A stretch of DNA of 36,577 nt from an uncultured Gammaproteobacteria bacterium (GCA_964420165.1 CAYQSL010000002.1:1-36577), one strand, 5' to 3'. Counted from the stretch's first letter, positions 1 to 9,073 are shown. The notes: a model not told the origin generated them from the letters alone. Made by a program: numbers and translations.

Positions 1-68
1 TGATTCCAAAGGATTATGTAAGTAAAAGAGATTGGAAATCAATGTGAAAATTCTTGCAAGATTATCTT

Positions 69-169
69 GTGCTGCCATCTTGAGCCCTCGAAGAGGGCGT
101 GAGGATCCAGGAAGACTGGGTCCCCGAATCGCTACTCGATTCGAGGATGACGGATATCGAATGCAGCAC
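69..169 (+). promoter_or_regulatory. GC-rich multi-hairpin 5' leader of the metF-like gene (candidate riboswitch/attenuator, class unassigned)
   Basis: Closing helix gtgctgc (69-75) / gcagcac (163-169). Internal hairpins at 84-98, 103-123 and 125-143, with an alternative pairing 139-144/157-162. Locally GC-rich in an AT-rich window. Ends 11 nt before the GTG start at 180. Confidence 0.35.
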
Positions 170-179
170 TATATGAGAA

Positions 180-1088
180 GTGTCACTAAGAGAAGATTTA
201 AAACAGAAGAATTTTATTATTACGGCTGAATTGAACCCGCCGAGAGCCGCTGACCCTCTAAGTTTGATCGAGAATGCTAAAAAAGTTTCGAGCTTAGTTT
301 CAGCTATTAATATCACCGATAACTCTGGTGCAAATTCTAAAATGTGTTCTTTAGTTGCAAGCCATCTAATCCAATCAAAAACTGGCATTGAAACTATTTG
401 GCAAATTACTTGCAGGGACCGTAACCGTTTGGGCTTACAGTCTGACCTCTATGGAGCTTGGGCTCTAGGCTTACGTAATATTCTTCCTCTCAAAGGCGAT
501 GCACCTCAAGCTGCATTAAGTGCTGATAAATGTTTTGACTTAAATACCGAAGAGTTGATTACCATGATAACTAAACTCAAGGAAAATTTAGACTATGAAG
601 ATAAACCGGTAAAGAATCTTCAGCCAATTAATTTTTGTATTGGCTCTGCTTCTCACCCAGGGATGCCAGATTTAAATTCACAATTTGAAACCATGAAACG
701 TAGAATGGATCAGGGCGTAGAGTTTTTCCAAACGCAAATTTGTTATGAGAAAGATCAGATCAATAAATTTATTGATGCAATCGGCAATGATCTTGCAAGT
801 AAAACTATCTTAGGAGTCACCCCTCTGAAAACTATTAAACAAGCACATTTCATGAACCAAAATGTTTTCGGTGTAACTGTGCCTGAGTATGAAATTAAAG
901 CACTTGAATTTGCCTTAGGAGCAAATGATCCTGAGTCAGAGGAAGGTAAAAAACTTATGCAAGAAGAAGGTTTAAAATTGACTAAAGCTTTAGTCGATCA
1001 CATCAAAACTACTCCTCTCAAAGGCATTCACATAATGGCAATTGGACAAGAAAATAAATTGGATCAAATTATTGGATCACTATGCTAA
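180..1088 (+). CDS. metF: 5,10-methylenetetrahydrofolate reductase (MetF family)
   Basis: 302-aa ORF with GTG start. N-terminal FIITAELNPPR... and the following INITDN / ITCRDRN / LPLKGD segments look like the MTHFR TIM-barrel family. Overlaps the next gene by 7 nt. Confidence 0.75.
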   Translation: MSLREDLKQKNFIITAELNPPRAADPLSLIENAKKVSSLVSAINITDNSGANSKMCSLVASHLIQSKTGIETIWQITCRDRNRLGLQSDLYGAWALGLRNILPLKGDAPQAALSADKCFDLNTEELITMITKLKENLDYEDKPVKNLQPINFCIGSASHPGMPDLNSQFETMKRRMDQGVEFFQTQICYEKDQINKFIDAIGNDLASKTILGVTPLKTIKQAHFMNQNVFGVTVPEYEIKALEFALGANDPESEEGKKLMQEEGLKLTKALVDHIKTTPLKGIHIMAIGQENKLDQIIGSLC

Positions 1089-2071
1089 AAGAGCCATTAC
1101 TGCAAATCAAAAATATTTCTAAGTCATTTATTCTTGAAAAAAGTTTCTTTGGTAAATCTCTTAAAACTCTTAGGGCGGTAAACGATATCAGCCTAGATAT
1201 CTTTCCTGGTGAGTGTTTGACCATAGTCGGTGAATCTGGTTGCGGCAAATCTACACTTGCCAAACTCATTCTTAGATTAGTTGAAGCAGATCAAGGCGAA
1301 GTAATTTTCGAGGGTAAAAACTTCTTCGACTTATACGGTGAAGAGCTAACAAAAAAACGCCGCGACCTACAAATGGTTTTTCAAAATCCATTTAATAGTC
1401 TTGATCCTAGATATAAGATCTTTGATGCAATTGCTGAGCCGTTAGAAGTACATGAGGCGGGTAAATCTAAAGCAGAAATAGAAGAGAGAGTTTTCGAGTT
1501 ATTAGATTTAGTGGAATTAAATAAGGATATTGCATATAAGTATCCACATGAGTGTTCTGGTGGTCAAAACCAGCGAGCATGCATTGCACGAGCACTTGCA
1601 TTGAATCCTAAATTTCTTATTGCCGATGAAGCCGTAAGTGCACTTGATGTTTCGACTCAATGGAAAATTTTACAGCTACTTAAAAAGCTCCAAAGCGAAC
1701 TAGGGATTAGCATGCTCTTCATTGCTCATAATCTTGGAGTTGTAAAATACATCGCTGATCGTGTTGCAGTGATGTATTTAGGTGAAGTAGTAGAACTCAC
1801 AACTAGAGATGAGATTTTCAAGAATCCTTTACATCCTTACACCAAAGCTTTATTTAATTCAGCGCCAGTTGCTGATCCCCGCGAGCGCAATCGCGAGAAA
1901 TTCCACCTTAAAGGTGAGATTCCTAAACCTACACAAATCCCCTCAGGATGCCCTTTTCACACTAGGTGTCCTATAGCTGAAGCCAAATGTTCTGAGATCA
2001 AACCAGAATTAGCACAAAAAAAATCAGCCGGCTCTGTAGATCACGTAGCAAGCTGCCTATTAGTGGAGTAA
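1082..2071 (+). CDS. ABC transporter ATP-binding protein, oligopeptide/dipeptide (OppF/DppF) type
   Basis: Walker A GESGCGKST, signature SGGQNQR, Walker B LIADEAVSALD, and C-terminal HPYTKAL...CPFHTRCP oligopeptide-type extension. No permease or binding-protein gene is adjacent. Confidence 0.9.
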   Translation: MLKEPLLQIKNISKSFILEKSFFGKSLKTLRAVNDISLDIFPGECLTIVGESGCGKSTLAKLILRLVEADQGEVIFEGKNFFDLYGEELTKKRRDLQMVFQNPFNSLDPRYKIFDAIAEPLEVHEAGKSKAEIEERVFELLDLVELNKDIAYKYPHECSGGQNQRACIARALALNPKFLIADEAVSALDVSTQWKILQLLKKLQSELGISMLFIAHNLGVVKYIADRVAVMYLGEVVELTTRDEIFKNPLHPYTKALFNSAPVADPRERNREKFHLKGEIPKPTQIPSGCPFHTRCPIAEAKCSEIKPELAQKKSAGSVDHVASCLLVE

Positions 2072-2085
2072 GAATTAAAAATATT

Positions 2086-2961
2086 TTGGAAACCGAAGCA
2101 TACAACAAAAATACGGCAAATATTGATCAGCTAAGTACTGAGGAATTTGTAAGTCTCTATATAGAAGAGGATAAACAAGTATGGCAAGCACTAAAGCAAG
2201 CAGAAAAAGAAATTGCTACAACGATTGATATTGTTTTTGGTTGCTTGAAAGCCGGTGGCAGATTGTTTTATATAGGAGCTGGCACTAGTGGCAGAATGGG
2301 AATTTTAGATGCGGTTGAATGCCCGCCAACTTTTTCTAGCGATCCTGAAACTATTCAAGGTTTCATCGCTGGTGGTGACAGCGCAATCCGCAAGGCAGTA
2401 GAAGGTGCTGAAGATGATGAGCACTCTGGTTACAATTTTGTAACGCAGAATTTAAAAACTAATGATTGCTTAGTTGGAATTGCAGCAAGCGGCGGCACGC
2501 CTTATGTAATTGGTGGACTAAAAGCAGCTCAAGAAAAGGGTTTCAAGACTATTGCAATTTCTAATAATAAAAGTGCTGAGACCTTTAAATATTGTGATCA
2601 TTCTATATTTTTAGCAACTGGTGCAGAAATAATTTCTGGTAGTACTCGGTTAAAAGCAGGCACGTCGCAGAAAATTGTTCTCAATATGATTAGTACTGGG
2701 GTGATGGTCAAACTCGGCAAAGTCTACGGCAACCTCATGGTAGATGTAAATGCTAGCAACAAAAAACTAGTTAAACGTGCGTGTAAGCTAGTAAAAGATA
2801 TTTGCAACTGTTCAGAAGAAGAGGCTATGAGTGCACTTGAAGCAAGTAAGCTTCGTGTCAAACAGGCTGTACTGAAAATCAAACAAGGTTGGGATTATGA
2901 AACTGCTACTAAGAAATTAGAGGAATCACATGGGTTTCTAGCAAAAGCGCTATCAATATAA
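2086..2961 (+). CDS. murQ: N-acetylmuramic acid 6-phosphate etherase
   Basis: TTG start. Near-collinear with remembered E. coli MurQ: GAGTSGRMGILDAVECPPTF, IAGGDSAIRKAVEGAEDD, SGSTRLKAGTSQKIVLNMISTG, GNLMVDV. Confidence 0.9.
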   Translation: METEAYNKNTANIDQLSTEEFVSLYIEEDKQVWQALKQAEKEIATTIDIVFGCLKAGGRLFYIGAGTSGRMGILDAVECPPTFSSDPETIQGFIAGGDSAIRKAVEGAEDDEHSGYNFVTQNLKTNDCLVGIAASGGTPYVIGGLKAAQEKGFKTIAISNNKSAETFKYCDHSIFLATGAEIISGSTRLKAGTSQKIVLNMISTGVMVKLGKVYGNLMVDVNASNKKLVKRACKLVKDICNCSEEEAMSALEASKLRVKQAVLKIKQGWDYETATKKLEESHGFLAKALSI

Positions 2962-2995
2962 TAAACTTATTAGGTCAGATTTAACTAGCTACCTG

Positions 2996-5875
2996 ATGAA
3001 AAAAACTGTAAGCATAAAACTAAAAGAACAATTGCCCAAAAGGCCTCAAGGACTTCCTGTTGAAAATATTTTACGTCTTGGTAAGTCAAGGCTGGGATAT
3101 AGATATAACCCAAAAACTGGTTATACTAGCCTAAGATTATTTTCAAAAGCAAGCTCCCCTTTGTTTGGACCAGTTATTCATATTCCTTCTTCAGAAATTA
3201 CTGAACTTATACGCACCCGCAATGGTGCAGAGATCATTAATCTATTTGCAAGAAATGATTCTTTAAATTTACAAGAAAGAATTAGATTAATAAATTTAAT
3301 GGCAACAACAAAAATTCCATCAAGTAATGATAAAAAAGAAAAATTTGGATTCGAACTTGATATTGATACAATCGTTCTAGACTGGCTTGCGGAAAGAAAA
3401 ATTAGCCTTAGTGAATTCAATCAACTATGTAAGGTCATAGAAACACCTGCTCTAGCACTTTTGAGGAATTTAATAGAAGCAAAAACTCCTATTAATAATG
3501 CTTGTGCCAATGCAGTAATTAATTATCAGGATTCTGCATCATGTGAAGATTATTTATATTGTTTATCAAACAGGGTATACAGTGATTCCAAACCTAATCT
3601 AGAAGCTCTTCTGATTTTAACGAGACGAGGATTTTACAAAAGAATTCCTAGTGATTTACAAAAAACCTATAAATCAATCTTTCATAATGAAATCATAAGA
3701 TTACTTAAATCAACAGATCTAGATCCTAATCTGAAGCTCAAATATCAAGAAGCCCTATTAGATATTCAAGGATCAGAAGCTGAATTGGATGATCCTCTAA
3801 CTCTTGAAGCCGCTCAAGACTTAATTGCCGCTGGTAAATTTGCTTCTGCTATATCCGCAATCGGTAAAAGATTTCATAGTGATGCAGACTGGAGACAATT
3901 AGATAGTTATAACGCTATTGAAAGATTTTTAGCTAACCCCTTAAAAGAAAACCCTGATGAAGCATATGATTTAAATGCTTTAGTTAGATCATTTATAAAT
4001 TTATACCGAGAATCATCCAATGGTTTAATCAATAGCAGCACTCAAGAATCATCAAAAAGAATAAGCTTAAAATCTTTAGATCCTCGCATTAAAAAATGTT
4101 TTGAAGAATCTATTTTAAGATTATGCCAAATTGGCAAAGTAGCATGGGATGTGCCTTTTGATTCCCTTGAAGAACTGAAGCCAGAAAAAATAATCAATAA
4201 AAATCCTGATGATTTCCATTACAAACAGTTGATGGATCCTAATTGGCTTTTTTTCATTAAGGAGTCACAGCCTGTAATCAAAAGCTTAACAAGCGCTCTT
4301 ACAAACTATTCTGGAGACAAAAAAGATATTTATATAACTTTAGTAAATTACAAAGCCTTACGAGGATTGAGTTTAACTGAAGTAGATCTAAAATGGATTG
4401 ATGATATTTTGATTACTAACCCCAAAGCATTATGCAAAGAAGTTTATGAGCAATTAGATCACAACAATATTTTGCTTCCTAAGTTAAAAGCTGCGATCAA
4501 AGAAATCTTTTTACAATACAAAGCAAGCTCCGACAAAGACGAGAAGTCTAAAATTACAGAACACAGGATTCTCCTAAGTACAATTATTCTTACTCTTGCT
4601 CATAATAGAAATGAAAAAGCAAATGCTTATAAAAGAGAAATTGACTTTCTTTGTTTGCAGAATCAAAGGCAAATTATTCCAAAAGACTTTGCCAGCGAAG
4701 AAATTAAGCAATTGCAAACTAGAGATTTATGCTTACAATTAATTCAAAAAGGAAATAGCTCTAATCTTGATAAAGAAGATTTTGATTCATTGCGCAATGA
4801 TGAGAAATCTGAAGCTTTATTAAAAACAGCTTGTCAAATTGCCATATCCAATTCTGAAAGCAGAACAACGAGCCCTCTTGATAACTTAACTTTATTTTAT
4901 GGTGTAAAAGATAACTTAGTACAAGGGCTTGGCTTGCATGCAATGAAGCGTAGAAAAACTGGATTAATTCCTATAGAACTTATAAAAGAGATAGAAAAAA
5001 CTAATGCCTTCCTTTTTAAAAAAGTATTAGCAACAGTATCTCATGATGACCCAATTGCCTTTTCTTTAGAAGTTGAATCTGCAACTTTAAATAAAAATAG
5101 CCTTGAACGCTTCGCCGAACTTTTTATAACCCATTGCGCTGATCTTACTAAAATCAATTGGGCTTTAGTCAGAAAGATCTTAGATACAATGTTTAAGCGC
5201 AATAAACTTATTGATTTTGCCCAAGCATTTACAATAGACCCTGAAAACTCAAATCCTAATATTTTTGCGAATTTAAATCGTATTATAAAATATATTGCCA
5301 AACAAGTAGAGGCTGGAAAGCTTGATGCGAAAAGCTCTTCAAGTTATAAAGGCTTCTATGAAATTTTAAAAAACAAACTGGTGAATCCGGAACTCAGTAC
5401 TTTAGGTTTTGGGAATCCTTCTAGTGAAGAACTCAAAACACGCTTAAATGAATTAACAGACAAAGAAAAATTTAATTTACTTTCACGGTTACCTGAAAAA
5501 TATTTGCATGACTTACTTGATGATGATGAATTTATAGCAAAATTTAAAATTGCAGTTAGTAGGAATTATTTAATTACTTCAAGCTTAATGTCAAAAGCAT
5601 TTGGCAAACTAGATTCATGCATTAAATCTGAGAACTTTGAAACAGCAAGAAAAATACTTAACCATATTAATGACATATTCCAATCGTTTATTATTTGTGA
5701 TCAATTTCCTTTTCTATCAAATCATATTCTTGATAAAGCAGCTTCATTTAAAGTGTTACGCAAAACTATAATTAATAAATTAGAAGCGGGAATTAAAAGA
5801 TGTGATAATTCGCGTGATCGTAGATCCTTAGAGAATTTCAAGGGTAGATTTTACAATCATATACTTGCAAGTTAA
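2996..5875 (+). CDS. Large hypothetical protein (959 aa), no recognisable domain, no signal peptide
   Basis: Long uninterrupted ORF. Only short, low-complexity antisense ORFs overlap it. Helix-rich, K/E/L/N-rich composition. Confidence 0.65.
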   Translation: MKKTVSIKLKEQLPKRPQGLPVENILRLGKSRLGYRYNPKTGYTSLRLFSKASSPLFGPVIHIPSSEITELIRTRNGAEIINLFARNDSLNLQERIRLINLMATTKIPSSNDKKEKFGFELDIDTIVLDWLAERKISLSEFNQLCKVIETPALALLRNLIEAKTPINNACANAVINYQDSASCEDYLYCLSNRVYSDSKPNLEALLILTRRGFYKRIPSDLQKTYKSIFHNEIIRLLKSTDLDPNLKLKYQEALLDIQGSEAELDDPLTLEAAQDLIAAGKFASAISAIGKRFHSDADWRQLDSYNAIERFLANPLKENPDEAYDLNALVRSFINLYRESSNGLINSSTQESSKRISLKSLDPRIKKCFEESILRLCQIGKVAWDVPFDSLEELKPEKIINKNPDDFHYKQLMDPNWLFFIKESQPVIKSLTSALTNYSGDKKDIYITLVNYKALRGLSLTEVDLKWIDDILITNPKALCKEVYEQLDHNNILLPKLKAAIKEIFLQYKASSDKDEKSKITEHRILLSTIILTLAHNRNEKANAYKREIDFLCLQNQRQIIPKDFASEEIKQLQTRDLCLQLIQKGNSSNLDKEDFDSLRNDEKSEALLKTACQIAISNSESRTTSPLDNLTLFYGVKDNLVQGLGLHAMKRRKTGLIPIELIKEIEKTNAFLFKKVLATVSHDDPIAFSLEVESATLNKNSLERFAELFITHCADLTKINWALVRKILDTMFKRNKLIDFAQAFTIDPENSNPNIFANLNRIIKYIAKQVEAGKLDAKSSSSYKGFYEILKNKLVNPELSTLGFGNPSSEELKTRLNELTDKEKFNLLSRLPEKYLHDLLDDDEFIAKFKIAVSRNYLITSSLMSKAFGKLDSCIKSENFETARKILNHINDIFQSFIICDQFPFLSNHILDKAASFKVLRKTIINKLEAGIKRCDNSRDRRSLENFKGRFYNHILAS

Positions 5876-6732
5876 AATTCCCAAACCCCAACTTTTAAAC
5901 GCATCTCTAATCCCTGCCCTAATTCCCCATGAGGAGCTATATACCAAATCCACGTATCCATTGGCTTTCCAAGAATTTTACTAAGATTGATTCCTTGCAA
6001 ACTATTTTCAACATCATTTTCCCTCTCGCCTTGATGAATTTGCTTTTCAACATCTGTGATTAAAATGACTTTCGCAGCATTATCCGAAAACTTTTGCAAA
6101 TAATTCAAATGATCGGTAATCAGTGATTTATAAAAAGTATATAACTCAGGGAAGGTCAATTTTCTTTTCTCAAAAAAACTCTTAACAGCTAACGGCAATT
6201 GTGATAAGAGATTCAAGGAAACCACCATATCAAATTTTTCATTCTGCAGGAAGTCTGGAACTATATTTTCAGTAAGACAAGCAATCAAAAGCTTATGATT
6301 AGCAGCTCGTAAACACTCATCATAGGAAGAATATAAACCTTTTAAAGTATTGGTTATATCCACTTCATAGGTTTTGACATTAGAATAAACTTTAATTTTT
6401 TTTAGAGTACTATTCAAAAAAAAGATATCTACAAGATGTACTTCTTGAAACATAGCTGACAACTCAGCTAATGGCAGATCATTAAGTGATCCTGCACCAA
6501 GAATTAAAATCTTCTCTCTCTGCTTTAATTTCGCAGCTTCAGAAAGAATAGAAAATTTGGTTTTCACTAGATGTTCTTGCCAAGCAGATTTATTACGTTT
6601 ATATCTAGCATCAATTGCAATCAACTCTTCTAACAAGCCAAATTTTTTGACATGTTGAGGTGAGCGAAATGAATTAAAAAAATATATAAGAGATTCTTGT
6701 AGCACTAAGTTAAAATTATGCCATGGACACAT
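5872..6732 (-). CDS. Hypothetical protein, possible class I SAM-dependent methyltransferase fold
   Basis: 286-aa ORF. KILILGAGSLNDLP resembles motif I (GxGxG-like). A later DMVVSLNLLSQLP resembles the post-II/III region. No DNA-methyltransferase catalytic motif seen. Confidence 0.45.
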   Translation of the reverse strand: MCPWHNFNLVLQESLIYFFNSFRSPQHVKKFGLLEELIAIDARYKRNKSAWQEHLVKTKFSILSEAAKLKQREKILILGAGSLNDLPLAELSAMFQEVHLVDIFFLNSTLKKIKVYSNVKTYEVDITNTLKGLYSSYDECLRAANHKLLIACLTENIVPDFLQNEKFDMVVSLNLLSQLPLAVKSFFEKRKLTFPELYTFYKSLITDHLNYLQKFSDNAAKVILITDVEKQIHQGERENDVENSLQGINLSKILGKPMDTWIWYIAPHGELGQGLEMRLKVGVWEF

Positions 6733-7049
6733 CTTCTAACCCTCAGTCTAGGTGCTCTTTACATGCTCTTAACACAGAAGAGATCAAAAAAGAATTACTC
6801 TCAATTGACCCTGAGTGTAAATTAAACCTTGATAAACCCAATAGAATCTATAGAGAATTTAAATTCAAAAACTTCTCTCAAGCATTAGAGTTCGTAAATA
6901 AAGTTGGGATAGTTGCGGAAGAATTAAATCATCATCCAGATATCACTCTGAAATGGGGCTATGTCAAAGTTGAGTATTGGACTCATACCGCAAATGGTTT
7001 GACTCAAATAGATTTTATAGCGGTTAAAGCAGTCAATGAACAGCTATAA
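6723..7049 (+). CDS. phhB: 4a-hydroxytetrahydrobiopterin (pterin-4-alpha-carbinolamine) dehydratase
   Basis: FKFKNFSQALEFVNKVGIVAEELNHHPDI...V...W.TH core typical of the PCD/DCoH family. 108 aa. Confidence 0.88.
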   Translation: MDTSSNPQSRCSLHALNTEEIKKELLSIDPECKLNLDKPNRIYREFKFKNFSQALEFVNKVGIVAEELNHHPDITLKWGYVKVEYWTHTANGLTQIDFIAVKAVNEQL

Positions 7050-7080
7050 TGATACCCAGCTTAATTAGATCATTACACCA

Positions 7081-7506
7081 ATGCCAAACGAGATTCTCAA
7101 TAAATCCAAAAGCTTTATATTAGCCGCCATTGTTTTAGCAATAGGTCTAATTGCTTTATTTGGCTGGTTTACCCATAATACTTACCTTATTCAAATCAAT
7201 ACAGATTTTGCTCCAATGCAATTTAATACTGCATTATGTTTAATCATGCTTGCAGTTGCAGTTATGACTTTAAGCGAACAGAAAAACACTATCAGCTTGG
7301 TTCTTTCAGCATTAGTAATTTTATTAACAGTACTAACTTTATCTGAGCATATTTTCAATCTTGATTTAGGAGTTGACCAAATGTTTAGGCGTTACGATTT
7401 GGACACATATACCTCTCTCCCTGGACGCATGGCAACGAATACAAGTATATGTCTATTAATTGCAGCTTTAAATATTATAATTAATGTCTTCAAAAAAATT
7501 TTCTAA
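7081..7506 (+). CDS. Polytopic membrane fragment: probable N-terminal sensor half of the downstream histidine kinase
   Basis: 141 aa with about four hydrophobic helices. The stop at 7504-7506 lies just after an A7 tract. The kinase reading frame is already open from 7485. Confidence 0.55.
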   Translation: MPNEILNKSKSFILAAIVLAIGLIALFGWFTHNTYLIQINTDFAPMQFNTALCLIMLAVAVMTLSEQKNTISLVLSALVILLTVLTLSEHIFNLDLGVDQMFRRYDLDTYTSLPGRMATNTSICLLIAALNIIINVFKKIF

Positions 7507-7571
7507 CTCAGGAAAATAAATTTGTTTCTATTTGTAAGCGCATATTTTTAAGGGTTTCTGGTTCCTTAATT

Positions 7572-8645
7572 ATGGTCTTTGGTCTACTCTCTCTAATAGG
7601 CTATATCACTGGGATTGAGAGCGCTCATGGCTGGGGGAAATACACCCATATGTCTTTGCTTGGTAGTATTGCATTTATCTTTTTAGGTATAGCCTTATTC
7701 TTTTACAATATAAACGTAAATAACTTAAAAAAAGAAAATCATAATTCGATAATTCTAATCACAATACTCTTCGGTGCAAGTTTTTCTTTTTCGATTGCCA
7801 AAGCTCTACACATACAACAAATGGAATATGGTGTGGACTCAACTTTACCAAGAACAGTTTTATTTTTTGGAATAATCGTTTCTGTACTTTTAGGATATTT
7901 AATTTATTTAAATCATCGTAGTCAATTGCATAAACAGTTGCTAGAAGATAGTAATAAACAGTTTATTGAATCAAATTCAAGGTTAGAAGAGTTTGCCTAT
8001 GTAGCTTCTCACGACCTTCAAGAGCCATTAAGGATGATCAGCCAAAACATTAAAAGGCTACAAGGCCGTTTTGCCGAGCTGAATCAAGATGAAGAAGTAG
8101 CTAAGTATATGAACTTTATTAGCGATGGTACTAGTCGCATGCATAATTTAGTAACAGATTTACTCGACTACTCAAAACTTGGAAACCCTGAAACTGACTT
8201 TCAACCAGTAAACCTAAATCATGTTGTAGAAATTATTCTCCTCGATCTAAATGAAGATATTAATAAATCCGGTGCAAGAATCAAAGCAGAGCATCTTCCA
8301 ACTGTTAGTGGAATTGAAATTCAATTAATCAGATTATTTAAAAACCTAATTTCAAACTCTATTAAATATCGCCAGAAAGACAAAGTTTTAGAAATCGAAG
8401 TGAAAGCAACCAAACTAGATGCTGGGTGGTTATTAACTTTCCAGGACAATGGTATTGGTTTTAAGCAAGAATATAAAGATAGGATTTTCCAATTATTCCA
8501 AAAACTGCATAGTCACTATGAATATCCTGGAACTGGCATGGGACTTGCTATTTGTAAAAATATAACCGAATACCATGGTGGCAAAATTTGGGCTGAATCA
8601 GAACCTAATAAAGGTAGTAAGTTTTTTATGTTCTTGCCGGATTAG
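7572..8645 (+). CDS. Sensor histidine kinase (HisKA + HATPase_c) with N-terminal TM helices
   Basis: H-box ASHDLQEPLR, N-box NLISNSIKY, G1 FQDNGIGF, G2 GTGMGLAICK. Confidence 0.85.
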   Translation: MVFGLLSLIGYITGIESAHGWGKYTHMSLLGSIAFIFLGIALFFYNINVNNLKKENHNSIILITILFGASFSFSIAKALHIQQMEYGVDSTLPRTVLFFGIIVSVLLGYLIYLNHRSQLHKQLLEDSNKQFIESNSRLEEFAYVASHDLQEPLRMISQNIKRLQGRFAELNQDEEVAKYMNFISDGTSRMHNLVTDLLDYSKLGNPETDFQPVNLNHVVEIILLDLNEDINKSGARIKAEHLPTVSGIEIQLIRLFKNLISNSIKYRQKDKVLEIEVKATKLDAGWLLTFQDNGIGFKQEYKDRIFQLFQKLHSHYEYPGTGMGLAICKNITEYHGGKIWAESEPNKGSKFFMFLPD

Positions 8646-8658
8646 ACATCCTGCGAAA

Positions 8659-8961
8659 CTATCTCGTTGAATGTCCTTCAACACAAACTGTACGCTTACG
8701 TTTAACAGTTGAATAAAAAGATTTTTGTTCAGCACTTGAAGTATTCACATACTCATATTCTTTACAGACCTTGCCAACCGCAGACTTCGGTGCATCTTGC
8801 CAAACTTTACATTTACGCAGTTTACCTTTTCTTTCAGTAAAAGGTAAACGTATACCGGGCTTTAAAACCATAGCTTCATATTCTTGGACTTCATATTTAT
8901 CACAAATAAATTTAGACGGGGTGAAAGCCTTACTAATATTGCTTTGTATTCCTTGCCAAAA
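8659..8961 (-). repeat. Direct repeat copy 1 (~303 nt), matches 10787..11089
   Basis: Hand alignment finds about 20 mismatches and no indels over ~303 nt. Similarity starts at the stop codon and ends at the signal-peptide junction. Confidence 0.85.
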
Positions 8962-9027
8962 ATTAGCTTTAACACTTTTACAATTAATAAAAAACAGTAA
9001 GAAAATCAGAACCAATTTTAGTTTCAT
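8659..9027 (-). CDS. Small secreted basic 4-Cys protein, paralog of 10787..11161
   Basis: 122 aa with N-terminal hydrophobic signal-like segment. The mature ~100 aa are nearly identical to the other copy. Confidence 0.7.
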   Translation of the reverse strand: MKLKLVLIFLLFFINCKSVKANFWQGIQSNISKAFTPSKFICDKYEVQEYEAMVLKPGIRLPFTERKGKLRKCKVWQDAPKSAVGKVCKEYEYVNTSSAEQKSFYSTVKRKRTVCVEGHSTR

Positions 9028-9073
9028 ATTTATATTGTAAAGGTTATATTAGAGAGTCATAGATTCAGACTGT

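Noticed and set aside
69-169. Assignment of the metF leader to a known riboswitch class (SAM-I, SAH, THF, ZTP, cobalamin)
   Set aside because: From memory I could not find the conserved cores in the element (for example GAGGGA...GCAACC for SAM-I, the CCGCCUGGGC 3' element for ZTP, or a B12 box). The class is left open pending an Rfam scan.
32-388. Track ORFs 32..229 (+) and 62..388 (-) at the left edge
   Set aside because: Both span the GC-rich leader, have Arg/Gly/Ser-rich low-complexity translations and carry no motifs. The minus ORF runs antisense into the well-supported metF ORF. I interpret them as artefacts of a structured non-coding region.
5872-6732. Restriction-modification or other defence role for the methyltransferase-fold ORF next to the 959-aa ORFan
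   Set aside because: No DNA-methyltransferase catalytic motif (DPPY/NPPY or PCQ/ENV) is present. No nuclease, helicase or ATPase motifs appear in the neighbouring ORFan. The two genes are convergent rather than co-transcribed.
7485-7506. Programmed -1 ribosomal frameshift at the A7 tract of the split kinase
   Set aside because: In the upstream frame the tract reads ttc-aaa-aaa-att, so the heptamer is C_AAA_AAA rather than a canonical X_XXY_YYZ site. I see no obvious downstream stem-loop or pseudoknot. Sequencing error, pseudogene or phase variation are simpler explanations.
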